Source: a bacterium
GTDB lineage: Bacteria; SAR324; NAC60-12
Direction: 5' to 3'
Assembly: GCA_965233585.1 (NCBI GenBank)
Contig: CBDDTI010000717.1
Coordinates: 1 to 46,886 of the forward strand
Length of the DNA: 46,886 bases
Part shown: in pieces, positions 1-11,564 of the stretch
Numbering within the stretch: position 1 is the first letter of the stretch
Layout of the letters: each line of letters starts with the position of its first letter
Notes under the pieces: generated by a model
The model's database searches: none
What the model was told of the DNA's origin: nothing
What the model saw: the letters and a program-made list of their open reading frames with translations, nothing else
Program-made: the position numbers and the translations under genes

Positions 1-699
1 CGCTAAAGGGGCGGGTGCGGGGCCATCTGGCCAGATAAGAGATGAAAAAGTGCACGCCGTTGTGGCCGGAAGCACATTTCAAAGTCAAAATGTGCAAAGC
101 ACGACAGGTTCGGAGCACTTTTGGAAGTTGGGATCTCGAAAAAGTGCACGCCGTTGTGACGCGAAGCACATTTCCAAGTCAAAAGTGTTAAAAACTGACA
201 TTCCCGGACCACTTTTGGACGTTCTGATGCAGACAGACAGACAGACAAACAGATGATAGATAGACAACTACAACTACAACTGCAACTACTCTACCGCTAC
301 AATAACTACAGTACACTAATGATAGTACACTACACAAATTACACGTCAGCTATAACTACAACTACAACTACTATTACTACTACAGCTACAGCTACAACTA
401 CATTGCATGACACGACACTACACTACACTACACTCCACTGCACTACACTAGACTAAGAAGCTACATCTACAGCTACAACAACAACTACACAACATTACAC
501 AACACTACGCTACACCAAATAAGTACACTACAGGTACAAGTACAACTACAACTACGACTACAACTACGAGTAGTACCGCGCAAGGCGGTGGCGGAAGTTT
601 CAAGGATAGGAAGCCTATAGGAGAGCTTGGTTGTCGTGATGCATGGATGGCAGAGCGACCCCACTGCTGGATCGACAAATGGTTGGATTGTCGGGCTGC

Positions 700-1381
700 C
701 CATCTTTCTATCCATCCATGTCTCTATTCTATTCATCCATCCAACTGTCTTTCTGTCCATCCATCTTTCTATCCATTTATCTTTCTCTCTTTTATCTATC
801 TATTTATCTGTCTAGCTATCTGTCTTTCTATCTGTCTTTTCATCTATCTATCCATTTCTCTATCCCTCTATGTGTCTGTCTCCTTATCCGCCCATCTATC
901 TGTCCATCTATCTGTCTTTCTATCTGTCCTTCCACCTGTGCATCTAACTATCGATGCGTCTATGGACCTATGTCTTTATCTGTCTATCCCTTAACCTCTC
1001 TCTCTATCGATCTATCTGTCCCTCTGTCTTTCTACCTGTCCATCGATGTATCTGCCTATCTATATCGGTCGATCTCTCTATTTGTCTGTTTGTCTATCTG
1101 TTAATTGTCTGTCTATCTGTCTGTCTATGTGTCTGTTTATCTGTCTGTCTGTCTGCCTGCCTGCCTGGCTGGCTGTCTGTCTGTCTGTCTATCTGTGTAC
1201 CTCCTGTTCTATCTACCAATCTCCCTCATTCTCTCTATCTATCTGCTTGGCTGTTGCTCTATGCTATCCGTTTGGCTCTCTGTCTCTCTCTATATGTCTA
1301 TCTACCAATCGGCTTATGTATCTACTTATCTATCCATCCATCTAGCTCTGTCTATCTATCTGTCTGCCTATCTGTCTATCT
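700..1381. repeat. Degenerate (TCTA/TCTG/TCCA)n microsatellite
   Basis: Tetranucleotide periodicity visible directly. Confidence 0.95.
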
Positions 1382-2061
1382 CACGAAGCAGTTCTGCGAG
1401 GCTTCCTGCAACAATGGTTATTGCTAGCTCCAGAACAGAAAAATTCTGCGAGACTCCCTCAATTTTTGGACTTGACAACATCAAACACGAAGCAATTCTG
1501 CGAGACTTCCTTCAGTAATGGAAAGTTGAGTGCAGAGCTGACGGCCTCGTACCAATTCGTTTTGCGATTTTTCAACTCCATCTGTCTAAAGTATGCCACG
1601 AAAAAGTGATGCCACGTCATACGAAGTGCATACGAAATGCTGCAACTGTTGCGCAAAGTTATTTTAGCAAACCTGAAGATCTGATGCTCTAAAAGCCACA
1701 GAAAACGACGCTTCAACGTCCACAAGTAGCGCGCCACATAACGGCGTGCACTTTTTCGAGATCTCAACTTCCAAAAGTGCTCCAACGTTGAAGTGTTTTT
1801 TCGCGCCGCAACGGCGTGCACTTTTTCGAGATCCAGACTTCCAAAAGTGTTCCGAACCTGTCATGCTTTGCACATTTTGACTTTGAAATGCGCTTCGCGC
1901 CACAACCGCGTGCACTTTTTCATCTCTTATCTGGCCAGATGGCCCCGCACCCGCCGCTTTAGCGAGCCTACTTTTGGACCCTCCGGAGCCACAGATCATT
2001 GGATAAACAGAATGTTTCGCGACTTTTCTACCTTTTCGCGCACCTGCATCTTCGTTCTTCT

Positions 2062-2596
2062 GGCTCTTTCTTCTGACTCTTTCTTCTGTCTTTCTTCTGA
2101 GTCTTTCTTCTGACTCTTTCTCTTCTCTTCTGACTCTTTCTTCTGTCTCTTCTCGTCTCTTCTCGTCTCTTCTCTTCTCTTCTCGTCTCTTCTCGTCTCT
2201 TCTCGTCTCTTCTCGTTTCTTCTCGTCTCTTCTCTTCTCTTCTCTCTCTCTCTCTCTTCTCTATCTCTCTCTTCTCTCTTCTCTCTTCTCTCTTCTCTCG
2301 TCTCTCCGCTCTCTTCTCTCTTCTCTCTTCTCTCTTCTCTCTTCTCCCTTCTCCCTTCTCCCTTCTCCCTTCTCCCTTCTCCCTTCTCCCTTCTCCCTTC
2401 TCTCTTCTCTATTCTCTCTTCTCTCTTCTCTCTTCTCTCTTCTCTCTTCTCTCTTCTCTCTTCTCTCTCTCTCTTCTCTCTTCTCTCTCTTCTCTCTTGT
2501 CTCTTCTCTCTTCTCTCTTCTCTCTTCTCCCTTCTCCCTTCTCCCTTCTCCCTTCTCCCTTCTCCCTTCTCCCTTCTCTCTTCTCTTCTCTTCTCT
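2062..2596. repeat. Polypyrimidine (CTTCTCT/CTTCTCC)n tract
   Basis: Almost pure C/T with 5-7-bp periodicity. Confidence 0.95.
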
Positions 2597-2997
2597 TACT
2601 GTTCCCACCTCTGTTTTTCGTCTGTCCGTATTGTTGGAGGATTGGCTTCTAAACTTCCTTCGACAACTACACCACATTACACTACACTACGCTAATTGCA
2701 CTACACCACACTGCACGACAACATGCTGCACTACACTAACTGCAACGACAACTACACGACTTGTCACTACACTACCTATAGACTACACTACAGCACACAA
2801 CACTACAGCACACTACGCTACACTACATTACATTACGCTAAACTCCTTTCACCACACCACAACTACAACTGCAACTACACTACGCTAATTACACTACACT
2901 ACAGCTACAACTCCACTACGCTACAACTACAACTACAGCTGCGCTACACCACACTACATCCAGCAGTTGTGGGTGAGGTGAACACTGCAACCATTGC

Positions 2998-3126
2998 TGC
3001 AAAGGGCGACTGACCTACAACCACCTATCTAAGGGGCTATAGGAAACAGCGCAGACCCTTTTACACTCACGAGCCAGAAAGCTCAAGGCCTGTCGGCCGG
3101 TCCGAAGGCCAATGTGGCATTTCACA
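2998..3126 (-). mobile_element. Putative short 3' LTR of the copia fragment
   Basis: On the minus strand it starts TGTGAAATG after AACTAAACAAGGATCAG and ends CCCTTTGCA at the junction with the host repeat. No second copy in the window. Confidence 0.35.
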
Positions 3127-3226
3127 CTGATCCTTGTTTAGTTGGCCGAAGGACCGGACCCGGAAAAGAAGGTTACAAGTCGGCTGCACCGACGTCCCAG
3201 CTGCTCTTGGTGGTTGGGGAGATCTC

Positions 3227-3753
3227 TTACTCTTCCAGAATCCTCCACTGTACAGATCCTTGACCCTTCCAGCCAGCTACCGTTGTACGGTATGGAAAAT
3301 CCCGGAGTGTGAACCTCGGGGCAGGGCTGCGGTACGATTTCGCACCATGTGCCACGCTCACACTGATCCCATCGATGAAGTGCCAGCCCGGCTGCTCAGC
3401 AATGAGGTACACATATACTTCAGCAGCGCTTCATCTCGTCCATCAGGCACTCGTCCAGGGAGCTCCGTCAGGTTCTCCTCCTCATAGTTGGCCTTGCCTT
3501 TCTTGGTCTGTTTGGTGAATCCCTCCTTGTACTCAATGGACCACTCACCTCTCAGCGGCACCAGTCGCAGCTGCTCATTGTCCACCATCTTCGTCCCAGC
3601 ATTGACGAAGCAGTTGGCAGTTGCGGTCCATGTGTAGCTTGTCCTTGGCCTCTGAAGCTGTTGTCGAAGAGCCGCCGCAGTGAAAGCCAGGGATTTTTGA
3701 ACACCAAAGCTCGTGTCAATGGTCAGGCGGTCATAGACATCCTTCGTGTCAGT
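3227..3753 (-). pseudogene. Ty1/copia pol C-terminus (RNase H end plus extension), frameshifted
   Basis: Minus frame from 3753 reads TDTKDVYDRLTIDTSFGVQKSLAFTAAALRQQLQRPRTSYTWTATANCFVNAGTK, resembling the copia RNase H TD...YD and W..T....D..TK motifs. It continues in frame into ORF 3358-3588, then by frameshift into ORF 3227-3412. Confidence 0.7.
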
Positions 3754-6683
3754 CCTTCACAAAATGGATTCTGTGAAGGGAGCTGCCTTGACAAAAGAGA
3801 TTCTGTGAAAGGAACTACCTGCCTTCACAAAATGGGTTCTGTGAAGGGAGCTGCCTTCACAACATGGATTCTGTGAAGAGAGCTGCCTTCACAAAATAAA
3901 ATCTGTGAAGGGAGCTGCCTTCACAAAATGGATTCTGTGAAGGGAGCCGCCTTCACAAAATGGATTCTGTGAAGGGAGCTGCCTTCACAAATGGGATTCT
4001 GTGAAGGGAGCTGCCTTCACAAAAGGGATTCTGTGAAGGGAGCTGCCTTCACAAATGGGATTCTGTGAAGGGAGCGCCTTCACAAAAGGGATTCTGTGAA
4101 GGGAGCTGCCTTCACAAATGGATTCTGTGAAGGGAGCTGCCTTCACAAAAGGGATTCTGTGAAGGGAGCTGCCTTCACAAAAGAGATTCTGTGAAGGGAG
4201 CTGCCTTCACAAAAGGGATTCTGTGAAGAGATCTGCCTTCACAAAAGGGATTCTGTGAAGGGAACTGCCTTCACAAAAGGGATTCTGTGAAGGGGGCTGC
4301 CTTCACAAAAGGGATTCTGTGAAGGGGGCTGCCTTCACACAATGGATTCTGTGAAGGGAGCTGCCTTCACAAAAGGGATTCTGTGAAGGGAGCTGCCTTC
4401 ACAAAATGGATTCTGTGAAGGGAGCTGCCTTCACAAAAGGGATTCTGTGAAGGGGCTGCCTTCACAAAAGGGATTCTGTGACGGGAGCTGCCTTCAGAAG
4501 AGTGATTGTGTGAAGGGAGCCGCCTTCACAAAATGGATTCTGTGAAGGGAGCTGCCTTCACAAAAGGGATTCTGTGAAGGGAGCTGCCTTCACAAAATCG
4601 ATTCTGTGAAGGGAGCTGCCTTCACAAAAGGGTTTCTACGAAGGGAGCCGCCTTCACAAAAGGGATTCTGTGAAAAGATCTGCCTTCACAAAAGGGATTC
4701 TGTGAAGGGAGCTGCCTTCACAAAAGGGATTCTGTGAAGGGGGCTGCCTTCACAAAAAGAGATTCTGTGAAGGGAACTGCCTTCACAAAATGGATTCTGT
4801 GAAGGGAGCTACCTTCACAAAAGGGATTCTGTGAAGGGAGCTGCCTTCACAAAATGGATTCTGTGAAGAGATCTGCCTTGACAAGAGGGATTCTGTGAAG
4901 GGAGCTGCCTTCACAAAAGAGATTCTGTGAAGGGGGCTGCCTTCACAAAAGGGATTCTGTGAAGGGAGCTGCCTTCACAAAATGGATTCTGTGAAGGGAG
5001 CTGCCTTCACAAAAGGGGTTCTGCCTTCACAAAAGGGATTCTGTGAAGAGGAGCTGCCTTCACAAAAGGGATTCTGTGAAGGGCGCTGCCTTCACAAAAG
5101 GGATTCTGTGAAGGGAGCTGCCTTCACAAAAGGGATTCTGTGAAGGGAGCTGCCTTCACAAAAGGGATTCTGTGAAGGGAGCTGCCTTCACAAAAGGGAT
5201 TCTGTGAAGGGGGCTGCCTTCACAAAATGGATTCTGTGAAGGGAGCTGCCTTCACAACATGGATTCTGTGAAGGGAGCTGCCTTCACAAAAGGGCTTCTG
5301 TGAAGGGAGCCGCCTTCACAAAATGGATTCTGTGAAGGGGGCTGCCTTCACAAAGGGATTCTGTGAAGGGAGCTGCCTTCACAAAATTGATTCTGTGAAG
5401 GGAGCTGCCTTCACAAAATGGATTCTGTGAAGGGAGCTGCCTTCACAAAAGGGATTCTGTGAAGGGAGCTGCCTTCACAAAATGGGATGCTGTGACGGGA
5501 GCTGCCTTCACAAAAGTGGTTCTGTGAAGGGAGCTGCCTTCACAAAATGGATTCTGTGAAGGGAGCTGCCTTCACAAAAGGGATTCTGTGAAGGGAGCTG
5601 CCTTCACAAAAGGGATTCTGTGAAGGGAGCTGCCTTCACAAAAGGGATTCTGTGAAGGGAGCTGCCTTCACAATATGGATTCTGTGAAGGAGCTGCCTTC
5701 ACAAAATGGATTCTGTGAAGGGAGCTGCCTTCACAAAATGGATTCTTTGAAGGGGGTTCACAAAATGGATTCTGTGAAGGGAGCCGCCTTCACAAAATGG
5801 ATTCTGTGAAGGGAGCTGCCTTCACAAAAGGGATTCTGTGAAGGGAGCTGCCTTCACAAAAGGGATTATGTGAAGGGCTGCCTTCACAAAAGGGATTCTG
5901 TGAAGGGACCGCCTTCACAAAAGGGATTCTGTGAAGGGAGCTGCCTTCACAAATGGATTCTGTGAAGAGAGACAGCTACCTTCACAAAAGGGATTCTGTG
6001 AAGAGATCTGCCTTCACAAAAGGGATTCTGTGAAGGGAGCTGCCTTCACAAAAGGGATTCTGTGAAGGGAGCTGCTTTCACAAAAGGGATTCTGTGAAGG
6101 GAGCTGCCTTCACAAAATGGATTCTGTGAAGGGAGCTGCCTTCACAAAAGGTATTCTGTGAAGGGAGCGGCCTTCACAAAATAGATTCTGTGAAGGGAGC
6201 TGCCTTCACAAAAGGGATTCTGTGAAGGGAGCTGCCTTCACAAAAGGGATTCTGTGAAGGGGCTGCCTTCACAAAATGGATGATGTGAAGGGAGCTACCT
6301 TCACAAAAGGGATTCTGTGAAGGGAGCTGCCTTCACAAAAGGGATTCTGTGAAGGGAGCTGCCTTCACAAAAGGGATTCTGTGAAGGGGGCTGCCTTCAC
6401 AAAATGGATTCTGTGAAGGGCGCTGCCTTCACAACATGGATTCTGTGAAGGGAGCTGCCTTCACAAAAGGGCTTCTGTGAAGGGAGCCGCCTTCACAAAA
6501 TGGATTTTGTAAAGGGGGCTGCCTTGACAAGAGGGATTCTGTGAAGGGAGCTGCCTTCACAAAATTGATTCTGTGAAGAGGGCTGCCTTCACAAAAGGGA
6601 TTCTGTGAAGGGAGCTGCCTTCACAAAATGGCTTCTGTGAAGGGGGCTGCCTTCACAAAAGGGATTCTGTGAAGGGAACTGCC
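3754..6683. repeat. Tandem satellite, 32-bp unit CCTTCACAAAAGGGATTCTGTGAAGGGAGCTG, about 90 copies, nearly self-complementary
   Basis: Continuous 32-bp periodicity. CCTTCACA and TGTGAAGG alternate as inverted repeats. No unique spacers. Confidence 0.97.
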
Positions 6684-7726
6684 TCTTCTGGACCTGATTG
6701 GCTTTGTTTTCTTTTGTTGGTGGCTCTTGGTGGCTAGCCTCTCTGCTGCTTCTGCAGCTTGCTGCTCCAAGGCTGCTTTGTGAGACTGGGCTCTCTTGCT
6801 GAGGAATGGCAGCCTGGCCGAATCTGGTGAATGGCATTCTGTCAAGCCTCTTGCCCCAGCTGATTTGGGTGATGAGGGGCCTTGTTTCAAGCCACTTGCC
6901 TTCTGCTTCAGGTGTTTTCAAAATCATTGTGAATCCTTTTGAATCCGTGGACACTTCAGAACTCACATCATCTTCATCTCCAAGCCCAGATTTGTCAACT
7001 TCCATGTCAGTGGCCTTGTCACAAGCCTCATATTGTTCTTCCATGGCTTCTTTGCAAGGATCCTCAAGCTCCTTGTTTTGCAGGCCTCATTGACATTTTT
7101 GCTGGCACTGCTGGCATTTTCCCATACCTCCCCATGCCCTGCCTCCAGTGCCAGCAACTCTCCAAGAATCTTGGCATCTACAGAAAGCTTGTTGCCTCCT
7201 TCTCTCAGAATTATTTTTCAGCCTCCGCCAATGATTAGAAGTGGTGACTATCTTGCTGCTAATGAAACTTGCCCAAACATTGTTCTTCATGCCAGTTCCA
7301 TTGAATTCAGTGAACCTGAGCGCTTGGTTCTTCAATCGGATGCCTTTGGGAATGCCATCGCGCAGTGGCCAGATGCCTCTGAGCCAGATTTGGCACTCCA
7401 CTAAACCCTTCGCAGATGCTGCCTGAGCAACATCAAGGGTATTGTAGACCCCAAAATCAAAAGCCTGTGCTGCTTTTTTTCACTATTTCGTCAAAGGCTT
7501 GAGAAAATTCTTCCTCTTTCATATCCAAGCTAGGCGTCCTGTAAGCTCCACCTCGGATTGGTTGGCCTTTTTCCAGGCCTCCGTTGTCATGGCCTTTTTC
7601 CAGGCCTCCTTTGCCATGGCCTTTTTCCAGGCCTCCTTTGCCATGGCCTTTTTCCAGGCCACCATTATTCTTGTACTGCCTTGCTGCTTTGTCTCTGCTT
7701 GAGCTCCCGGGCCTGTCTTTCTCCAT
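6684..7726 (-). pseudogene. Frameshifted intronless ORF of about 350 aa, unknown function, N-terminal GGLEKGHGK repeats
   Basis: ORFs 7457-7726, 7087-7401, 6963-7157 and 6589-7044 join by single frameshifts, the first in an A7 run: ...DEIVKK/AAQAFDFGVYNTLDVAQAASAKGLVECQIWLRG.../LLALEAGHGEVWEN.../MEEQYEACDK... Confidence 0.5.
7563..7660. repeat. 27-bp tandem repeat, about 4 copies (GGLEKGHGK on the minus strand)
   Basis: GGCCTTTTTCCAGGCCTCCTTTGCCAT repeated. Confidence 0.9.
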
Positions 7727-7881
7727 GGCTTGTTTTCAAGCCTCAGAATTTTGAAAAAAGCCGGAAAACAAATTGAGCAGCCAAGGCAGCCAAGCATTCT
7801 TTTTCTGACAATGCTCCAAAGCAGTTTTGTAACTGAAAATGGCTGCAGGTATCTCGAAGAAATATATCTCAAACAATAAGG

Positions 7882-7954
7882 ATTGTTTTTTTCAAAAATT
7901 ATTGAAAAAATCAATCTGAGATTGATTTTTTCAATAATTGTTGAAAAAATCAAT
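7882..7954. repeat. Nested AT-rich palindrome: 35-bp arms, 3-nt loop, each arm itself palindromic
   Basis: ATTGTTTTTTTCAAAAATTATTGAAAAAATCAATC-TGA-GATTGATTTTTTCAATAATTGTTGAAAAAATCAAT, 2 mismatches. An extra TTGAAAAAATCAATC copy lies at about 8009. Confidence 0.9.
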
Positions 7955-8036
7955 AATAGTAAACAAAATAACGGAGCCGCTTTCATCCGGATTGAATCGA
8001 AGTCAGGATTGAAAAAATCAATCCCTGGACCATCAG

Positions 8037-10790
8037 CGAATGCTTCAAATGGAGTTTCAAAAGTTCAGTTGGTGACTGAAGCTTATCATGAATTCTCTGA
8101 AGTGCAAGTGACAAAGTTCCTTTAGGTGACGGTTCCTTCTTTTCTTCGAGTTTTACTTCAACCTTTGGTTTCGGTTTGATCTCTGTCTCTTCTTCCAGTT
8201 GAGGTTCCCGACGTCTTGGGACTCCGTCCTTGGAACCGGAACTTGGTCCAGAGGCCACCATCGGCTCATCATCAGGATGCAAAGGCTGACTCGGTACCTC
8301 TAACTTAGTATCAGGTGAAATTGGTTTCTTGGCGTTTTTCTTTGGAACTGCCTTGGCCGTCTTCGGCTCATGCGCAAGTTCTGGTGCAGGACCCTTGAAT
8401 TTCTTGCAACCTTTTTTGTTGGTATGCGGACGATGCTTACCGTTACATGCTGGTCATGTAATGTCATGTCTTCGGATTGAAAGCTGTGCATCGGTCTCCA
8501 AGTGGAAGTTGCAAGAGCCATAATGTCAAGAACTGGATGATTGGATGTACTGACCGTGGGTGCGGTGCGTTGCATTTCAAAAAACGGACACGTGAGAAAC
8601 TCACCTACTGGCCTGTGCTCAATGTTTTATACGAAGGTTCCGCATTTGTACAACTGAAAAGAGTATAGGAACCTTACCTTTGTCAAGAATGTCAACGCAG
8701 GTAGTAATCCAACCAGTGTGTGCATGATCGTTGTGAAAATGAATAACAAGTCTCTCCTTAACAGTGGATTGCTCTCCAGTTGCAGATGAACATTTATTTT
8801 GACAAGGTTGTTTTGAAAACCAGAATTGATCACGATTTGGATGTTGTTGACAAGCTTGAACAAGACGATCTATCGCAAAGCGAAATCCCATAGCTCTGGT
8901 GCAGCCTGAGTCAAGAATCACGTAAGTTGGATGAGGAACAAGATCCACGTATTCACAAAGGAGTGCTTGTTGGGCACCATGATCATAATTCAGATAGACA
9001 CACTCATCCGTGATTTCGGATTGGGGTGGGCAAGTGTTCTGTGAAAACGGATGCATGTCACCGGAATCGCTTGCGATTCTCTCTTCAGCAAAACGGATGC
9101 TCTTAATTAAATACTGTTCAAATCTGAAAAGCACTGGTACAACAGGGACGCGACCAAAAGCATGAATGTCATGGCTTCCACAAGTTCGTGTCCGAGATTT
9201 CGCAAATGGCCGAAAAACGAAACCGGTTGTTTTGGTCTGTCTGTCCGTCCTCAGAAATGATGGCAAAACTTTCTGAATGCTTGTCCTCGGATAAGGTCAG
9301 TTCCTCAACGGAAGCATAGTAAGACAAATTGTACCAATCACCTTGGGAGTAATCTCCATCATATCCGTAATAGGATTCATATGTTGACCAATCATCTGTC
9401 CAATAGGTGTCATAATCATAACCCCAGCTTTCTTCGGCTTGGGCGGCTTCTGTGGTTTTTCGAGGGCTTGTGAGGAACTAGAAGATGCTTGCTGAGCTAC
9501 ATTTGCTTGTGGAGGTTGTTGTTGTTGTTGTTGAAATGGTTTTCCTCCTTTGTTCTTGCCATCTCCTTTGCCTTTTCCCTTCCGTGAAGGCATTCCTTTG
9601 AAAGAATCCTTTTCTTTCGTTCTTTTCTTGCCCTTTTTGCCTTTTCCTTTTCCCCAGAAAGCTGTGTGCCTTGCTGGTCATTGTCCCATGCTGCATAACC
9701 TTTTCCCTTTGATCTCGGACGGAAGCCGGGTCTTGATCTTTTTCCTTTCTTGCCATAGCCCTTCGGCTTTCCTTCCTTAAATGATCGGCCGTGCAATCGG
9801 CGCTTAGAGTATGATCCCTTTGCGCCTTGAACCCAAAATTCGTTCTCTGTATACAGACCTGTGAAACCTTCTTCTCCAGTCTCTTCGTCAATGACCCAGA
9901 AGCCGCGTTCACCTTCGTCGGCCTCGCCTTCTTCGAGGATGTAGAAGGTCGACTGCTTTCGGTATATCTGGGTCTGCAACACCTCCCTGTTCGGGAAACG
10001 CAGAAAAGTTCTAAGAACAGCTGTTTCACGTGGAGATATGTGTATTGAGGCATTATTGCTATTTGACGAATATTCATGGATGAAACAAAACGCTCTCGCT
10101 GTTGTTCGTTGAGGTCTGATTGAACCAAGAAAATCAAGGACATCAAGTTATCCGACAATGGAAAATCAAGTTGATGCTGGGCCTTTCTGTTTGTGATGGT
10201 CTGTTCCCGAAGGGTCGTTTGGTGCTTCAATCTTTCTTCATCTGTTTGCAGTTGCTGGTGGTGCAGTCGCTGCTCATCTGTTGATGCTGCTATAAATGCC
10301 TGCGTGCCTGTTTCCGGTATATCAGAGAGATCAAGCACGTCGGACCATGACGCCAACAGGCGCTTCTGAGCGATTTCGAAACGCCCTATATCCAGTGCAC
10401 GAATTCGCTCTGGCCTCGATATGTGCGAAACATCTGAAGGAATCGCCAAAGGAACACATGATTTACTCCCTTCACGAAGTAGGGTCTCAATGTGTCCTTG
10501 AAATGAGCGAGGCCACGATCCGGATCTCGGAGTAGGGCATTGTCGAGCATCGACTTGTAAAAAGAAGCTGAACCTACGAGGGCGTTCTTCAATGATGGTC
10601 CGTGCTTGTCTGGGTCCAATGTGTAATACCGAGCCAGTCATCAATGAAATGTTCATATTCAAACCAGCTTGATTGGCCATCAAATTGGGGAGGTACCTTA
10701 GGAGTCATTTTGATGCCTAGCCGGTTTTCGGCGTGACTGGCTGCAAAGGCTTCAGGCTCTTCATATGAGACAATTTAAAGTTGCTCTTCG
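8037..10790 (-). pseudogene. Decayed Ty1/copia-like gag-protease-start of integrase, several frameshifts, truncated near 8037
   Basis: Gag-like MTPKVPPQFDGQSSWFEYEHFIDDW from 10708; GK-rich linker; aspartic protease motif YVILDSGCTRAMG and GKVPILFS in ORF 8619-9266; PACNGKHRPHT knuckle near 8440; LLKLHLKH (probable start of the integrase Zn-binding region) at the break. Protease directly followed by integrase is the copia order. Confidence 0.8.
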
Positions 10791-10846
10791 TCTGAGTCCA
10801 TGTTGTGGATTAAGACCACAGCAGCGATTTGGATTTGACCTACAAG

Positions 10847-11561
10847 TTGCCTTCGCAAGTCCGAATTTCGGAGCAGATGCTATAAAAGAACAACTGCTGT
10901 ACAAGTTTTTCGGAACTTGGCAAAGGCACAGGCTCCGCTACCACTTTGAGGTAGCAATCCCCTCTATTAAGGCAGCCCTGGATCTACGATAGTCGTTGGA
11001 ACACTTGTGGTCAACGCGGCGGCAAGCTACACCTTTTAGCTGCGGTATGCAAGCAAGTCTTGAGCCACGGACTGGCGCAGTGGTCCATATGAATTAATGT
11101 GAACATGTCATGTACATGCAACACTGAAAGCATGCATTGTGAAGACACGTCCCCAAAACTAGATTACAGGGGCCAGTTTGAGTTCCAGTTCAGTTCGGGT
11201 TCGAGTTCGAACTGAGTTTGAACTCGAGTTCGAACTATTTTTTTTCGGGGGGTGGGGGTAGAGTTCGAGTTCAGTTAGAGCGGAGCTCACTTTGGACCGG
11301 AAAAAATCTTACATGGATTATCGAAGGAAGTTTAGAAGTCAAACTTCCGACAATATGGACAGATGAAAAGCAGAGCAGGGCAGAGGCAGAGAGAAGGGAA
11401 AAGATTAGAAGAGAAAGAGTCAGAAGAAAGAAGATGCAGATGCGCGAAAAGGTAGGAAAGTCGCAAAACACTGTGTTTTTCCAATGATTTGAGGCTCCGC
11501 AGGGTCGAAAAGTAAGCTCGCTAAAGCGTCGGGTGCGGAGACATCTGGCCAGATGAGAGAT
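10847..11561 (+). repeat. Copy 1 of a direct duplication of about 715 bp
   Basis: TTGCCTTCGCAAGTCCG...CTGGCCAGATGAGAGAT nearly identical to 12163-12896. Confidence 0.92.
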
Positions 11562-11564
11562 ATA

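Larger units (their letters stand above)
569..2663 (-). mobile_element. Full-length minus-strand copy of the same non-autonomous element (Helentron/DINE-1-like ends)
   Basis: The end near 2663 (TCTAAACTTCCTTCGA) is the reverse complement of the start at 12655. The start at 569 (AGTAGTACCGCGCAAGGCGGTGGCGGAAGTTTC) is the reverse complement of the end at 14371-14403. Internal TCTA and CT microsatellites. Confidence 0.75.
1..2997 (+). mobile_element. Interspersed microsatellite-bearing repeat element; starts before the window, interrupted by an inverted copy at 569-2663, truncated near 2997
   Basis: Bases 1-184 nearly match 12853-13036. The ACTAC/CACTA microsatellite at about 265-568 resumes at 2664 after the nested copy. 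Confidence 0.7.

Noticed and set aside
627..3013. ORFs rich in SIYL, ERRE or TTLHY
   Set aside because: They are translations of microsatellites; the same applies to 13161-14305.
3754..6683. CRISPR array (32-bp palindromic repeat)
   Set aside because: Units are head-to-tail with no unique spacers, no cas genes are visible, and the context is eukaryotic.
3227..10790. A single copia element interrupted by the 4.3-kb insert
   Set aside because: Order and strand fit, but the integrase core and reverse transcriptase are missing and the putative LTR regions (2998-3126 and from 10848) are not similar, so the fragments may be from different elements.
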